Assembly: GCA_035253585.1 (NCBI GenBank)
Contig: DATFBY010000110.1
Location: 47,875-111,874, forward strand
DNA length: 64,000 nt
Direction: 5' to 3'
DNA from: Gemmatimonadaceae bacterium
GTDB taxonomy: Bacteria > Gemmatimonadota > Gemmatimonadetes > Gemmatimonadales > Gemmatimonadaceae
The position numbers and the translations under genes are program-made. Shown here in pieces: positions 31,292-42,687 of this stretch (its first letter is position 1; each line of letters opens with the position of its first letter). The notes under the pieces are model-generated. The model saw only the letters and a program-made list of their open reading frames with translations. It made no database searches and was not told where the DNA came from.

Positions 31292-32710
31292 CTACTTTCG
31301 TTCTTTCGTCTTGTCAGGCGGTGCGTATCCATCGCGGGGAGCCGCAACGCTCGCCACCTCGTTCGCGCTCACCCGCTTCGACGCGCCTTGCAGCACCGAT
31401 TGTATGTCGACGCCGAACGCGCTGCCCAATCCCTCGAGCGTGCGGAGCGCGGCGTTCACCTTCTGGTTGGCGGCGTTGGCGACGCCCTCGCCCGACCCGC
31501 TGTCCATCACGACGACGCGATCGATGTCGATTCCCTTCACTGCTTCGACCGTCGTGCCAAGCAGCGCCGGAAGCTTCTCCGCCATGAATACGGCGAAGCC
31601 CTGATCGCCGGCATTTGCGATCTGCGCGTAGAGCAGGCGCAGCACCTCCACCTGCGCCTTACCGTTCTCGAGGATCGGAGCGGCGTCGGCACGGGCGCGA
31701 GCCTCGGCTGCGAGGCGGTCGGCTTCCGCCGGTTCGACCACGTCGGCCTGCAACTTTTTCTTTTGCAGCTCGATGCGCTGCGCCTCGAGCCGCTGTTGTG
31801 CCTCGACCTCGGCACGTGCCGCTTCGACCTTCGCCGTGCGCTCGGCCGTCTCGCCCTGCTGCGCGAGCTGCGCCCGCTTCACGCGCAGCGTGTTCTGCGC
31901 GTCGACGATCGACAGCTCCGCCTGCGCCGCCGCTACCTCGGCCTGCTTTCGCGCCTCCGCCTGCTGCTGCTTCGTCTGGGCGTCGTTCATCGCTTGCGAG
32001 ATTTCCGCTTCCTTCTTGGCCTCGGCCTGGCGCTGCATCGTCTCCGCCTGGTTCCGCGCCTCGGCGATCTGCGCTTCCTTGAGCACCTGCGCCGTCTTCA
32101 CGCGGCCGACCGCCGCCAGGTACCCAACGTCATCCGAGACGTTCTGGATCTTCAACGTGTCGAGCTGGAGGCCGAGCTTTTGAAGATCGTGGTCGGCTTC
32201 CTGAATCAGCTCGGCCGCGAACTTCATCCGGTCTTCGTTCACCTCTTCGGGCGTCAGGGTAGCCAGCACGCCGCGCAGATTCGCGGACAGCGTCTCACGC
32301 GCCAGCAGCTCGATTTCATCCATTGGCTTGCCTAACAAGCGCTCGACACCGTTGTTGAACGTGGTCTCCGGCTCCGAGGCGACCTTCACGTTCGCCACCG
32401 CCTGTACCGACAACGGAATACCTCCCTTCGAGAAGGCGTTCTGCACCGACAGCTCGATGGGAATTGTCGACAAGGGCATCCACGATACCTTTTCGATGAT
32501 CGGGATGCGCAGCGTACGCCCGCCGATCACCGCCCTATAGCCGACGTGTTTGCCTTCGTCGAGTTGCCGGCTTCGGCCGGTGATGATCGCCGCCGAGTTG
32601 GGTGGAACGATGACGATGAGCGCTTTGATCGTGCTGATGAGCACGAAAATCGCCGCCAGGACGACGACGCCGACTACCGCCAGTGGAATCGAGTCCCCCA
32701 GAATGTCCAT
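31292..32710 (-). CDS. SPFH/band-7 flotillin-like protein
   Basis: N-terminal TM helix and SPFH domain, then a long Ala/Glu/Gln-rich coiled-coil (flotillin repeats). Confidence 0.8.
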   Translation of the reverse strand: MDILGDSIPLAVVGVVVLAAIFVLISTIKALIVIVPPNSAAIITGRSRQLDEGKHVGYRAVIGGRTLRIPIIEKVSWMPLSTIPIELSVQNAFSKGGIPLSVQAVANVKVASEPETTFNNGVERLLGKPMDEIELLARETLSANLRGVLATLTPEEVNEDRMKFAAELIQEADHDLQKLGLQLDTLKIQNVSDDVGYLAAVGRVKTAQVLKEAQIAEARNQAETMQRQAEAKKEAEISQAMNDAQTKQQQAEARKQAEVAAAQAELSIVDAQNTLRVKRAQLAQQGETAERTAKVEAARAEVEAQQRLEAQRIELQKKKLQADVVEPAEADRLAAEARARADAAPILENGKAQVEVLRLLYAQIANAGDQGFAVFMAEKLPALLGTTVEAVKGIDIDRVVVMDSGSGEGVANAANQKVNAALRTLEGLGSAFGVDIQSVLQGASKRVSANEVASVAAPRDGYAPPDKTKERK

Positions 32711-32744
32711 TGCTTCTCCTCAAAATGTCCGGGTGTGTCCGCGT

Positions 32745-33296
32745 TCAGCTGTCGGCATTCGCCGACTCTTCCAGCGGTGCCACCACCGCGGTCCCACCAT
32801 GCATCTCGACGACGACGACGCTCTTCCACCGATCGGGCGCTTCGGCGTCGGCGCCTAACGGGCGCGCCAGCAGCTCGAACGACCGGTCGCCCCGGCGCAC
32901 CAGGACCTTGCCCGGCGCCCCGCGCGACAACGGAATCGTCACGCGCCCCGCGAGCCCGACGAAGCTTTGATCGCCCTCACGCGCGCCGGAGTCCGCGCGT
33001 CGCAAGTATTGGAACACGGCCGCCGACGTTCCGCCGAGCGCCAGGCCTACGGTGACTGCCAGCGCGAACGAGAGCCAACCCGATCCACTCCAGATCCAGC
33101 TGAGTCCCGCGCCGGTCGCTCCGAAACCGAAGAGGAAGTAGGTCAGCGTCCGCAGCGAGAGGAGCTTGAACCCCTCGTGATCGTGCGACGCGTCCGCATG
33201 CGCGACATCTCCTCCGTGATGCCCGACATCTCCGAGCACCGAGAAGAGCAGCAATCCTCCGCCAACGATGAGGGAGAAGAGGTAGAGGCCGAGCAT
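32745..33296 (-). CDS. NfeD-like membrane protein (partner of the flotillin)
   Basis: TM helices plus a C-terminal OB-fold-like segment GRVTIPLSRGAPGKVLV. It sits upstream of the SPFH gene, as is typical. Confidence 0.6.
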   Translation of the reverse strand: MLGLYLFSLIVGGGLLLFSVLGDVGHHGGDVAHADASHDHEGFKLLSLRTLTYFLFGFGATGAGLSWIWSGSGWLSFALAVTVGLALGGTSAAVFQYLRRADSGAREGDQSFVGLAGRVTIPLSRGAPGKVLVRRGDRSFELLARPLGADAEAPDRWKSVVVVEMHGGTAVVAPLEESANADS

Positions 33297-33473
33297 GTGA
33301 TCTAACTACGAGAAGGAGGCTTGAACGGTGTCAGTGGCCGGCGGTGCCGTCAAGAATGACAACGGCGGCATCCGGCATGAGGCACGAGGCATCCGGGTCT
33401 TGGCGATCGACACTCTCCGCCCAAGACCCGGATGCCCCGATGCCGGATGCCGGATGCCGCCGTTCGCGCTGCT

Positions 33474-34766
33474 CTATCTGTGCTGAAACTGCTCCGCTTC
33501 CGTCGACCCGTGCAGTGCGGCGGTGGAGGAAGTACCGCCGGTGATCGTCATCAGCACCTGATCGAAGTAGCCGGTCCCCGCTTCGCGCTGGTGTTTGGCC
33601 GCGGTGTAGCCGTCCTTCTCGCGCGCGAACTCTTGCTCCTGCACTCGCACGTAGGCCGGCATTCCCTCGTCCCGATATGCCGCGGCCAGCTCGAACGCGT
33701 TCAAGTTGATCAGGTGCCACCCGGCCAGCGTGATGAACTGGAACTTGTAGTTCATCGCACCGAGCTCGCGCTGGAATCGCGCGATCGTTCCTTCGTCGAT
33801 GTTCTTCCGCCAGTTGAACGACGGCGAGCAGTTGTACGCCAGCATCTTTCCCGGGTACCGCGCGTGGATCGCATCGGCGAAGCGGCGCGCCTCTTCGAGG
33901 TCGGGCTTCCCCGTCTCGAACCACAGCAGATCGGCGATCGGCGCATACGCTAGCGAGCGCGTGATCGCCGCTTCGAGTCCGCCGCGCACCACGTAGTAGC
34001 CCTCGGCAGTGCGCTCACCTGTCGCGAATTCGCGGTCCACATCATCGATGTCGCTCGTCAGCAGCGTGGCCGAAAGCGCATCGGTGCGAGCCACCAGCAC
34101 CGTCGGCACATCGAGCACGTCCGACGCCAAGCGCGCGGCCGTCAGTGTCCGTACGAACTGCGACGTCGGTACCAGGACCTTGCCGCCGAGATGACCACAT
34201 TTCTTTTCCGCCGCGAGCTGGTCCTCGAAGTGCACCCCGCCGGCGCCCGCTTCGATCATGGCCTTGGTGAGCTCGAAGGCGTGCAGCGGCCCACCGAAGC
34301 CGGCTTCCGCATCGGCGACGATCGGCGCCATCCAGTACCGGCCGTTGCGCCCTTCGCTCCAGTCGATCTGGTCCGCGCGCATGAGCGCGTTATTGAGCCG
34401 CCTAACGAGCGCGGGCACACTGTTGCTCGGGTAGAGACTCTGGTCGGGATAAGTCTGCGCGGCCAGATTGCCGTCGGCAGCCACCTGCCATCCGGACAGG
34501 TAGATCGCCTGCAGTCCCGCCTTCACCATCTGCACCGCCTGCGCGCCTGTGAGCGCGCCGAACGTGTGCACGTAGTCTTCCTGCTCGAAGAGGTCCCACA
34601 AGCGCTCGGCCGCCTTGGTCGCCAACGTGTATTCCACGTTGAAGCTACCTCGCAAACGGATCACTTCTTCCGCCGTGTAGCTCCGCGCCACGCCCCGCCA
34701 ACGCGGGTCTCTTGCCCAGCGATCGGCGAGCGCCTTGGCCTCGGTGGTCACGTCGATCTCGCTCAT
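33474..34766 (-). CDS. aceA: Isocitrate lyase
   Basis: The ICL signature is in KKCGHLGGK. The [10 protein letters not shown] motif is present. Confidence 0.9.
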   Translation of the reverse strand: MSEIDVTTEAKALADRWARDPRWRGVARSYTAEEVIRLRGSFNVEYTLATKAAERLWDLFEQEDYVHTFGALTGAQAVQMVKAGLQAIYLSGWQVAADGNLAAQTYPDQSLYPSNSVPALVRRLNNALMRADQIDWSEGRNGRYWMAPIVADAEAGFGGPLHAFELTKAMIEAGAGGVHFEDQLAAEKKCGHLGGKVLVPTSQFVRTLTAARLASDVLDVPTVLVARTDALSATLLTSDIDDVDREFATGERTAEGYYVVRGGLEAAITRSLAYAPIADLLWFETGKPDLEEARRFADAIHARYPGKMLAYNCSPSFNWRKNIDEGTIARFQRELGAMNYKFQFITLAGWHLINLNAFELAAAYRDEGMPAYVRVQEQEFAREKDGYTAAKHQREAGTGYFDQVLMTITGGTSSTAALHGSTEAEQFQHR

Positions 34767-34768
34767 CG

Positions 34769-36385
34769 CTACTCTCCCGAAGAGGTGCGCTGCCCTTCCA
34801 GGTAAGGCGCGCCAGGTATGGTCAGAAAGTCGGCGAAGGTATCGCCGATCACCAAGTCGTCGAGCAACCGCGCGGCATCGTCGAGCCGCGATTCAATCCC
34901 AGCGTACGAACTCGTCAGGCGGTCGAGCTCTTCCGTCCGAATCTCGCGATACCGGTCAATCGTGAGTGGCGTACCGTCCGCGACCGGCACGCGATTCCTA
35001 ATCCATTGCCATAGCTGCGCACGAGAGATCTCGGCCGTGGCCGTGTCTTCCATCAGATTGTTGATGGCGACCGCGCCCGAGCCGCGCATCCACGCTTCGA
35101 GGTACTGGATCGCTACGCTCACATTCGTGCGGATCCCACCCTCGCTCACAGTGCCGCCCGGGACTTCAAAGTCGAGCAGCGCGGCCTCGTCGGCGCGGAC
35201 TTCATCCCTCAGGCGATGCTTCTGATTCGGACGCGCACCCAACACGCCATCGAACACCTCGCGCGCGACCGGAACGAGATCCGGGTGCGCCACCCACGTG
35301 CCGTCGAAGCCATCGTTCGCCTCGCGCACCTTGTCGGCGCGCACCTTGGCGAACGCCGCCGCGTTCACCTCCGCGTCACGTCGGCTCGGCACGAAGGCGG
35401 CCATCCCTCCCATCGCGTGCGCTCCTCGCTTGTGGCAGGTGGCGACGAGGAGCTCGGTGTACGCACGCATGAACGGCACGGTCATCACGACCTGCGCGCG
35501 ATCGGGGAGGGTCGCATCGGCGTTTGTTCTGAATTTCTTGATGATGCTGAAGATGTAATCCCAGCGTCCGGCGTTGAGACCCGCCGCGTGCTCGCGTAGC
35601 TCGTAAAGAATCTCGTCCATCTCGAACGCGGCCAGGATCGTCTCGATCAGCACTGTCGCCCGAATCGTCCCGCGTGGAATGCCGAGGGCGTCCTGAGCAA
35701 ACACGAAGACGTCGTTCCAAAGCCGAGCCTCGAGATGGCTCTCGAGCTTGGGGAGGTAAAAGTACGGGCCCGTGCCGCGCTCCAGCTGCTCGCGCGCGTT
35801 GTGGAAGAAGAAAAGACCAAAGTCCATGAGACTGCCTGACAGCGGCTCGCCGTCGACCGTCAGGTGATGCTCGGTCAGATGCCAGCCGCGCGGGCGCACG
35901 AGTAGCGTCGCCAATGTCGTCCCGAGGCGGTACTCCTTCCCCTCCGGGCTGGTGAACGACCGCGTGCGGCGCACCGCATCCATCAATGCCGCCTGTCCGT
36001 CGACCACGTTCTCCCACGTCGGCGACAGCGAATCCTCGAAGTCGGCCATGAAGCACGATGCGCCCGAGTTCAGGGCATTGATCACCATCTTTCGCTCGGC
36101 CGGCCCGGTGATCTCCACACGCCGATCATCGAGGTCTTTTGGCGCGGCGGCGACGCGCCAGGTTCCGCCGCGAACCCCTGCCGTCTCCGCGAGCAAGGCC
36201 GGACGCGCTCCGCTCTCCAGCTCCGCCTGACGAGCAACACGGCGGCGCAGCAGCTCCTCGCGGCGCGGCTGAAACTCGCGGTGCAGCCGCGCCAGGAAGG
36301 CGAGTGCTTCGGGGGTGAGCACCCGCGCGCTCTCCGGCAGCTCGGCTCCCTTGATCTCGATCCGCTCCGAAACGCTCAGCGGCAT
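34769..36385 (-). CDS. aceB: Malate synthase A
   Basis: 538 aa. Malate-synthase motifs are present (…GRWDYIFS…). It lies 3 nt upstream of aceA. Confidence 0.9.
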   Translation of the reverse strand: MPLSVSERIEIKGAELPESARVLTPEALAFLARLHREFQPRREELLRRRVARQAELESGARPALLAETAGVRGGTWRVAAAPKDLDDRRVEITGPAERKMVINALNSGASCFMADFEDSLSPTWENVVDGQAALMDAVRRTRSFTSPEGKEYRLGTTLATLLVRPRGWHLTEHHLTVDGEPLSGSLMDFGLFFFHNAREQLERGTGPYFYLPKLESHLEARLWNDVFVFAQDALGIPRGTIRATVLIETILAAFEMDEILYELREHAAGLNAGRWDYIFSIIKKFRTNADATLPDRAQVVMTVPFMRAYTELLVATCHKRGAHAMGGMAAFVPSRRDAEVNAAAFAKVRADKVREANDGFDGTWVAHPDLVPVAREVFDGVLGARPNQKHRLRDEVRADEAALLDFEVPGGTVSEGGIRTNVSVAIQYLEAWMRGSGAVAINNLMEDTATAEISRAQLWQWIRNRVPVADGTPLTIDRYREIRTEELDRLTSSYAGIESRLDDAARLLDDLVIGDTFADFLTIPGAPYLEGQRTSSGE

Positions 36386-36784
36386 CCCGCGATTCCTCGT
36401 ACGATGACACAGTTGCGCGGTGCGCCAGTAGGCCCGCGCTCACACGAATGGCAATCTGACTGCTCTTGGTCCAAACCGGCAGCCGGCTGACGCGTGCGAC
36501 GAGCAGCGCCCAGCCATGCTCGCCGGCGCAAGAGCTGTGCTATTCACGACTTGGCGGTGAGCAATGTCGAGCTTCGTTATGGCCGGTCGAACAGTCGCGC
36601 CCTTGTTCAGAATTGATCAGATGCGCTCGGCTGTCGCGGTCGCGCCGCACCGCGCGTCACGGCGGCGCACAAGCGCCGGTGCGAAATTGGTGCGCGAGGG
36701 CTGGCTGGACGCCGCCCGTCGCCGCGGCGCGATCCGTGCCTGAGAAGTTTCCGGAGCCTCTCACAGGAAGCCCATATCGGAGGG

Positions 36785-37078
36785 ATGATGCGCGGCTACC
36801 GGTTCTTCGAAGAGTATGTCGACGAGACGAGAAGTCAGAGCCTGCAAAGCGTGATCGCGGTGCAGACGTTCGAAGGGCCGTGGGTGAAGGAGGGGGGCGT
36901 GTGCTTCCCCGCCGTCTGCTCGCCATCCGCGGGCGGGAAGACGTTCGAGAAGAACAGCGCTGTAATCCGTCTCATGTTCAACGCCGAGTACCTCGGAACG
37001 CACTGTCGGCGCATCACCGAGGCGCAGGCACGCACCATTCACCCCAAGCTCTTCGAATACCTCGACAGTCTGGCCTGA
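36785..37078 (+). CDS. Hypothetical 97-aa protein in a lower-GC stretch
   Basis: Composition only. A GGAGGG Shine-Dalgarno sits before the ATG. Confidence 0.3.
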   Translation: MMRGYRFFEEYVDETRSQSLQSVIAVQTFEGPWVKEGGVCFPAVCSPSAGGKTFEKNSAVIRLMFNAEYLGTHCRRITEAQARTIHPKLFEYLDSLA

Positions 37079-37141
37079 AGAGAGGGATTGAGGGATGCAC
37101 GACGGGGCGCTCAATGAGCGCCCCGTCGTGCATCCTCCGAC

Positions 37142-37387
37142 TCACTCACCTATTGGCGGCCCGCCGTCCCCTTTGTGACGGAAAGTGATTCGACCGCGGC
37201 TCAAGTCGTAGGGAGACACCTCGATCGTCACCCGGTCGCCCGCGAGGACGCGAATTCGAAACCGGCGGAGCTTCCCGCCGAGCGTCGCTAGAACCATGTG
37301 TCCGTTGTCGAGCTCGACGCGAAACGTCGCGTTGGGGAGAATCTCGCTGACGGTCCCCTCGAGCTCGATGGCTTCCTGCTTCGCCAT
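37142..37387 (-). CDS. infA: Translation initiation factor IF-1
   Basis: S1-like fold with a near-canonical IF-1 sequence ([13 protein letters not shown]…FRVELDNGH…YDLSRGRI). Confidence 0.9.
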   Translation of the reverse strand: MAKQEAIELEGTVSEILPNATFRVELDNGHMVLATLGGKLRRFRIRVLAGDRVTIEVSPYDLSRGRITFRHKGDGGPPIGE

Positions 37388-37561
37388 ACCACTCCTGTCT
37401 TGCACGACCCGACGCGAGCGCGAATCGCTCGCGGAACCATGAAACGTACCGCGCACCGCACGGTGAAGCAACGTACATGGCGCCTTGCTCGCTTGCGTCG
37501 CTCCAGCGCTCGCTGTCAATTCGATGAGCGCACGTCATCCGTTACAACATCCGCGCCTTAC

Positions 37562-40075
37562 GTGAAAAAATTTCTCTCCGCGGCCGTCACCGCGCTCGCC
37601 GTCGTCGCACTGTCGCTCGGTCTGTTCGCCGGCGCCCGGCCGCTGGGATCCGCGCCGCCGCTCGGCCCGCTGCTCGATCCGGCGAATGGATTCTGGGCAG
37701 TGGCCCAGGCCGCGGAGCTTCCCGCTCGATCGCGGGGCGTCATCACCGGCCTCGGCGCACGGGTGCGCGTTGTCTACGATCGCCGCGGCGTTCCGCACAT
37801 CTTCGCTGCGTCCGAGGAAGATGCGTATCGCGCGCTCGGCTATGTCGTGGCGCGAGATCGGCTCTTTCAACTCGACATTCAGACGCTGGCCGCGTCCGGA
37901 CGCTTGACGGAGATTGCCGGCCGACTGGCGCTTCCAGTGGATCGGGAGACGCGCGGGCTCGGGCTTCCACGCTCCGCCGAGAAACGCCTCGCCGCGCTCG
38001 ATACGACGCGCTCCGCGGAACGCGCGGTGGTTGCGTATGCGGATGGGATCAACGCCTGGATCGATGCGATGCGTCCCGGCGACGTACCGGTGGAATACAG
38101 GCTGCTCGGACGCGCGCCGGAGCGGTGGCGTCCCGAAAATTCGATGCACCTGTTGAATCGAATGTCGTATACGCTGGCGCGGCAAACCACCGAGATCGAC
38201 CGGCTCGCCATAGCGCGGCGCGTTGGCCGTGAGGCGGCCGAAGCTCTTCTGCCAATCGACATGCCGATTCAGGAGCCGATCGAGCCGAACGGGAGCGATG
38301 CGCCGCGCTTCGACGTGAAGCCTCTTCCGCCACCGGGTGCGCCGGAGTCACGCGATGCGAGCGCGGTCTCGTCAGGCGACCCGCTCGCGCTTCTCCTCGC
38401 GGCTGCCGCTACACGCGATCGCGATGAAGCGCCGGGGAGCAACAACTGGGCGGTCGCTCCGTCGCGCACCAAGAACGGCTACGCGTTGCTGGCAGGCGAT
38501 CCGCACCTCGAGCTCACGCTGCCATCGATCTGGTACGAGGCCCACATCGTCGTTCCTGGAAAGCTCGATGTCTACGGAGTGACGCTTCCCGGGCTGCCCT
38601 TCGTGATCATCGGCTTCAATCGCGACATTGCCTGGACGTTCACCAACGTCGGCTCGGACGTTCTCGACTTCTTTTCGGAGACGGTAGACGACACGACACG
38701 TCCCACCCGGTATCGGGTCGATGGACAATGGCGTCCGCTCGAGCTGCGGATGGAGCGCTACCGTGACCGTGCCGGGAACGAGATCGCCCGCGACACGCTG
38801 TATTTCTCGCACCGCGGACCGCTCACTCGTCAGCTCGGGGGTTGGGCCTCCATGCGGTGGACGGCGCTCGATGTCACCACCGAGGCAAGCAACTTCGAGC
38901 GCATAGCGCACGCGACGACAGTCGATCAGTTCCTCGAGGCGATGGCGACGTACCGCGTGCCCGCGCAGAACATGCTGGTGGCCGACCGCCAGGGAAACAT
39001 TGCCATCCGCTCCACCGGAGTCTACCCGATTCGCGCCGGTGATGGTCGCGGTGACATCGTGCGCGACGGTTCGCGGAGTGCCAATGACTGGCAAGGGTCG
39101 CTGCCGGTGGCCGAGTACCCCTTCGCCAAGAATCCGCCGCGCGGCTTTCTCAGCTCGGCCAACCAGCAGCCGGTCGATCCGGCGGTTCGCTCCAGATACT
39201 TGGGATTCGAGTGGCCGTCGCCATGGCGTGCGATGCGGATCAACGAGCTTCTCCGCACCGATACCGCAGTCACGCCTGACGCGATGCGTCGGTACCAGCT
39301 CGATCCTCGATCGCCGCGCGCCGAGATCTTCGTCACCGCGTTCTTGGAGGCGGCACAGCGGCGTCGCGCGGCCGGCCGGTCCACCCCGGAGCTGGATCGC
39401 GCGCACGCGCTCCTCGCTGAATGGAAGCGCGAGTATACGCCGGGCGACGAGCGCGCAGTGTTGTTCGAGATGGCGATGCGCCAGCTCACCAACCGAACCT
39501 GGGATGAGCTCAATCGGCCGGCGGAGGACACGACCTCTGGGTCGATGCGCGTCGCCACTCCGAGCGCGGCACCGATGATCTCATTGCTGCGCACACCTGA
39601 CAGCCCCTGGTGGGACGTCCTCGCGACGCCTAACGAGAGAGAGACGCGAGATGACATCCTCACCGCCAGCCTCGAGGCCGCCCTCGACACGACGCTTCGA
39701 GCGTATGGGGAGCCGGACGGGGGCGGCTGGCGCTGGGACCGCGTGCTGCGCGCGCGGATCGATCACTTGTTAGGCATCGGGCAGTTCTCGCGACGCCGAC
39801 TGGGCTTTCAGGGGGGGCCAGGACTCCTCAACCCATCGTCTTTCAACAGCGAGCACGGGGCGAGCTGGCGCATGGTCGTGGAGCTCGGCCCGACGGTGCG
39901 AGCGTGGGCCACATATCCCGGTGGTCAGTCAGGCAATCCGGTGAGCAGCCGCTACGACGACCGCTTGGACGCCTGGCTCCAAGGACGTCTTGATTCACTC
40001 GTCGTACCGCGTACGCCGACAGAGCTCGACAGTGCACGCGTTCTCTCGACGCTTACTCTGGATCCTCCGACATGA
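37562..40075 (+). CDS. Penicillin-acylase-family (S45 Ntn-hydrolase) protein, AHL/penicillin acylase-like
   Basis: The motif SNNWAVAPSRTKNGYALLAGDPHL carries the N-terminal nucleophile Ser. A signal peptide is present. Start chosen at GTG 37562; an ATG at 37439 is an alternative. Confidence 0.7.
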   Translation: MKKFLSAAVTALAVVALSLGLFAGARPLGSAPPLGPLLDPANGFWAVAQAAELPARSRGVITGLGARVRVVYDRRGVPHIFAASEEDAYRALGYVVARDRLFQLDIQTLAASGRLTEIAGRLALPVDRETRGLGLPRSAEKRLAALDTTRSAERAVVAYADGINAWIDAMRPGDVPVEYRLLGRAPERWRPENSMHLLNRMSYTLARQTTEIDRLAIARRVGREAAEALLPIDMPIQEPIEPNGSDAPRFDVKPLPPPGAPESRDASAVSSGDPLALLLAAAATRDRDEAPGSNNWAVAPSRTKNGYALLAGDPHLELTLPSIWYEAHIVVPGKLDVYGVTLPGLPFVIIGFNRDIAWTFTNVGSDVLDFFSETVDDTTRPTRYRVDGQWRPLELRMERYRDRAGNEIARDTLYFSHRGPLTRQLGGWASMRWTALDVTTEASNFERIAHATTVDQFLEAMATYRVPAQNMLVADRQGNIAIRSTGVYPIRAGDGRGDIVRDGSRSANDWQGSLPVAEYPFAKNPPRGFLSSANQQPVDPAVRSRYLGFEWPSPWRAMRINELLRTDTAVTPDAMRRYQLDPRSPRAEIFVTAFLEAAQRRRAAGRSTPELDRAHALLAEWKREYTPGDERAVLFEMAMRQLTNRTWDELNRPAEDTTSGSMRVATPSAAPMISLLRTPDSPWWDVLATPNERETRDDILTASLEAALDTTLRAYGEPDGGGWRWDRVLRARIDHLLGIGQFSRRRLGFQGGPGLLNPSSFNSEHGASWRMVVELGPTVRAWATYPGGQSGNPVSSRYDDRLDAWLQGRLDSLVVPRTPTELDSARVLSTLTLDPPT

Positions 40076-40524
40076 TCATGCGCTGGTTGCTGCGGCTCGT
40101 CCTCCTCTCGGTCGCGTTCGCCGTTGGCACTGCGTTGCTCGGGTGGTGGACAGTCCCACTCCTGGCGGCAATTTGGGGCGTCATCGCTCACCGTGTCCCG
40201 CGCACCGGCGTGCTCGCGGGCATCGCCGCGGCGCTTGCGTGGGGCGCTCTTCTACTGAAGGCGGCGGGCGCTCCGTCGTTCGCAGCGCTGATCGATGCGA
40301 TCGCCGGTGTCATGCAGTCGCCTCCGGCGTCGCTCATCGCGGTAACGCTGGTCTTTCCCGCACTGCTGGCCTGGAGCGCGGCACGCGTGACCGCTGTGCT
40401 GACGACGCTCATCCGCCGTCGCGCGGCGGCGGATACCTACGTGACGGAAGCGGAGCGGCGCCCGGTCGACGCCGGCACGTCATCGGCCGGCGAGCGTCCG
40501 CGCGAGGTGTACGCGGCGAAGTAA
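40072..40524 (+). CDS. Hypothetical membrane protein (4 TM helices)
   Basis: ATGA overlap with the acylase stop. However, its 3' end overlaps the convergent GCS2 gene by 88 nt, so it is weakly supported. Confidence 0.3.
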   Translation: MIMRWLLRLVLLSVAFAVGTALLGWWTVPLLAAIWGVIAHRVPRTGVLAGIAAALAWGALLLKAAGAPSFAALIDAIAGVMQSPPASLIAVTLVFPALLAWSAARVTAVLTTLIRRRAAADTYVTEAERRPVDAGTSSAGERPREVYAAK

Positions 40525-41714
40525 TCGCGGGCTCGTTCCAGCTCAGGCCGCGCGAAAAAGCGCTCGCCTAACGATTCGCACCCTCGAAGCGCGATCTCGA
40601 AGAGTGAGATGGCGGCAGTTGCCAGCGCGGGGTCACGCAGACCCTCCCGTCCGGCGCGAATCAGCAGTGCGTCATCCGCCTCGCCAAGCAGGTCGATCGC
40701 GTCGAGCAAGGCATCATGGTCGTATGTGATGCCCGCCACGAGCGCCAGCGGTGCCGCGTACCACCCTTCGGGGATCGCGTCCATCGCGCGTACTTCCAGA
40801 TACCCGCGCGGGCGAACATCGGGGAAGAGCGTGGACAGATGGATCTCGAAATCCTCGCTGGTGAGTCGGCCGGAACGTAGCGCGTCACGGAAGGTCGGAT
40901 ATCCCTCGTCGGGCGATCCCAGCATCATCATCGGGGCCGCGAGCGCAAAGCCCAGGTAGGTACAGGCGGGGTCACCGCTGTCGAAGATCCCCGTGCGCGC
41001 CGGATCGAGCTTTCGCCAGCAATCCGCGCGGACGCTACGACAGGAGCTATCAGCGCCGGCATAACGCGCCGAGTTGGCGAAGATCGCCGTGAGGTGCGGT
41101 GCAGCGGCATTCAATACACGCCACCGCAGGTCGGCGTCGGCGTCCAAGTCTACGCTCACCTGGAACGACGCCGTCTGCCGCATCATTCGCGCACCGTGCG
41201 GGCCGATGGTCTCGAAGTATTCCGCCATCCGCTCGTAGCGGGGCGCGCGAAGCTGCATTGGAACGTCGTGCGCGCGCGTGTCGGGATGGATGCCTAACGC
41301 GGCCAGCTCGACGTCCAAGCGATCGCCGGCTTCAATGAGGGCCGCGTTGGTGGCTCTCAGATGGGACAACAGTACGGTCACGCTGTCGCACGGTGGCGAG
41401 CTGTACTCGATCTGCCCGCCGGGCTCGAAGGTGATCGTGCCGCCATCCGGCAGCGCGAAGCACGGGGTGCCCTTGGCGGAGCAATGTTCCTTCCAACCGG
41501 CCCGCGTGCCCGCTTCACGGACGACTCCGAGCGAGGAAGGCCGTTCGGCGGCTGTCAACGGCACCGGTTGCCCCGTCGCGCGATCGAGCGGCAGCACCTC
41601 GACCTCGGCGCCGATGAGGCGCCGATGGGGGGGCGATCGGAAGAGCTGCTGACGCAGCTCGGCCGCCAGAACGCTCGTGTCGCGTGGAAGCGGCACGCCT
41701 GACTCGTTAGGCAC
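40437..41714 (-). CDS. GCS2-family carboxylate-amine ligase (EgtA-like γ-glutamylcysteine ligase)
   Basis: GCS2/YbdK-like fold. It lies immediately downstream of the egtB-egtD pair. Confidence 0.6.
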   Translation of the reverse strand: MPNESGVPLPRDTSVLAAELRQQLFRSPPHRRLIGAEVEVLPLDRATGQPVPLTAAERPSSLGVVREAGTRAGWKEHCSAKGTPCFALPDGGTITFEPGGQIEYSSPPCDSVTVLLSHLRATNAALIEAGDRLDVELAALGIHPDTRAHDVPMQLRAPRYERMAEYFETIGPHGARMMRQTASFQVSVDLDADADLRWRVLNAAAPHLTAIFANSARYAGADSSCRSVRADCWRKLDPARTGIFDSGDPACTYLGFALAAPMMMLGSPDEGYPTFRDALRSGRLTSEDFEIHLSTLFPDVRPRGYLEVRAMDAIPEGWYAAPLALVAGITYDHDALLDAIDLLGEADDALLIRAGREGLRDPALATAAISLFEIALRGCESLGERFFARPELERARDYFAAYTSRGRSPADDVPASTGRRSASVT

Positions 41715-42678
41715 GAGCCGCTATGGCCATGGCGAAGCGCCCCTCAGCGTCCGTCCACCAGTCGATCAGTCGCATTCCCGCATCGTGCAGCATCGACTCC
41801 ACCGCCGCGCGATCGTACTTGCAGCTGATCTCCGTGCGAATCGTCTCGCCGGCCTTGAACGCGACCAGGCCTATTCCGGGAATGCTCACTCGCTGGTCGA
41901 TGCGCGACACCAAATGCATCTCGATCCGGCGCAGCTTCGGCTCGAAGAACGCTCTATGCTCGAACGTGTCGACGTCGAAATCGGCGCCCAGCTCGCTGTT
42001 CAGCACGCGCAGGACGTTGCGATTGAACTCCGCCGTGACACCGCGTGAATCGTTGTAGGCGGCTTCGAGCACGGCGATGTCCTTGACCAGATCCGCGCCG
42101 AGGAGGAAGCGATCTTCTGGTCGCATCGCGTGCCGAACGTGGCCGAGGAGCTGGTTCGCGGACGCAGGGTCGAAGTTACCGATCGTGCTTCCGAGCAGCG
42201 CGAAGAGTGCCGGCCGCGGAATGGCTCGTGGCAGCTCGAATCGCGTGCCGATGTCCGCGATCCACGGGAGCACGTGCAGGTGCGGGTACGACCGGCGTAG
42301 GCGCGCGGCGGTCTCCTCCAGAAACTCGCGGCTGACATCGACCGGTACATAGAGACGCACGCACTCGTCGCGTTGCATGGCGTCGAGGATGATGCGAGTC
42401 TTTTCGGCAGCGCCGGCGCCGAGCTCCACCAACGACCTCGGTGCGAGCTTACTGACGTACCCGGGAATTCGTGCCTCGAGGATCGATCGCTCGGCGCGCG
42501 TGAGATAGTACTCCGGCAGCCGCGTGATCTCCTCGAACAGCAGCGAGCCGCGATGGTCGTAGAAGTATTTCGGCGGAAGCTCCTTCTGGGCGCGCGCGAG
42601 GCCAGCACGCACGTCGGCCAGCATCGCGGCGTCGGGGTGTCGTTGCGGCTGTCGCGCCGCGTGAGCGAGTCCGGTCAT
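41707..42678 (-). CDS. egtD: L-histidine Nα-methyltransferase EgtD
   Basis: PPKYFYDHRGSLLFEEITRLPEYYLTRAERSIL is the EgtD signature. SAM-MTase fold. Confidence 0.8.
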   Translation of the reverse strand: MTGLAHAARQPQRHPDAAMLADVRAGLARAQKELPPKYFYDHRGSLLFEEITRLPEYYLTRAERSILEARIPGYVSKLAPRSLVELGAGAAEKTRIILDAMQRDECVRLYVPVDVSREFLEETAARLRRSYPHLHVLPWIADIGTRFELPRAIPRPALFALLGSTIGNFDPASANQLLGHVRHAMRPEDRFLLGADLVKDIAVLEAAYNDSRGVTAEFNRNVLRVLNSELGADFDVDTFEHRAFFEPKLRRIEMHLVSRIDQRVSIPGIGLVAFKAGETIRTEISCKYDRAAVESMLHDAGMRLIDWWTDAEGRFAMAIAARA

Positions 42679-42687
42679 GAAAGCTCG

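Noticed and set aside
33331-33924. ORF 33331..33924 (-) overlapping aceA in another frame
   Set aside because: It lies inside the well-supported isocitrate lyase gene. Spurious.
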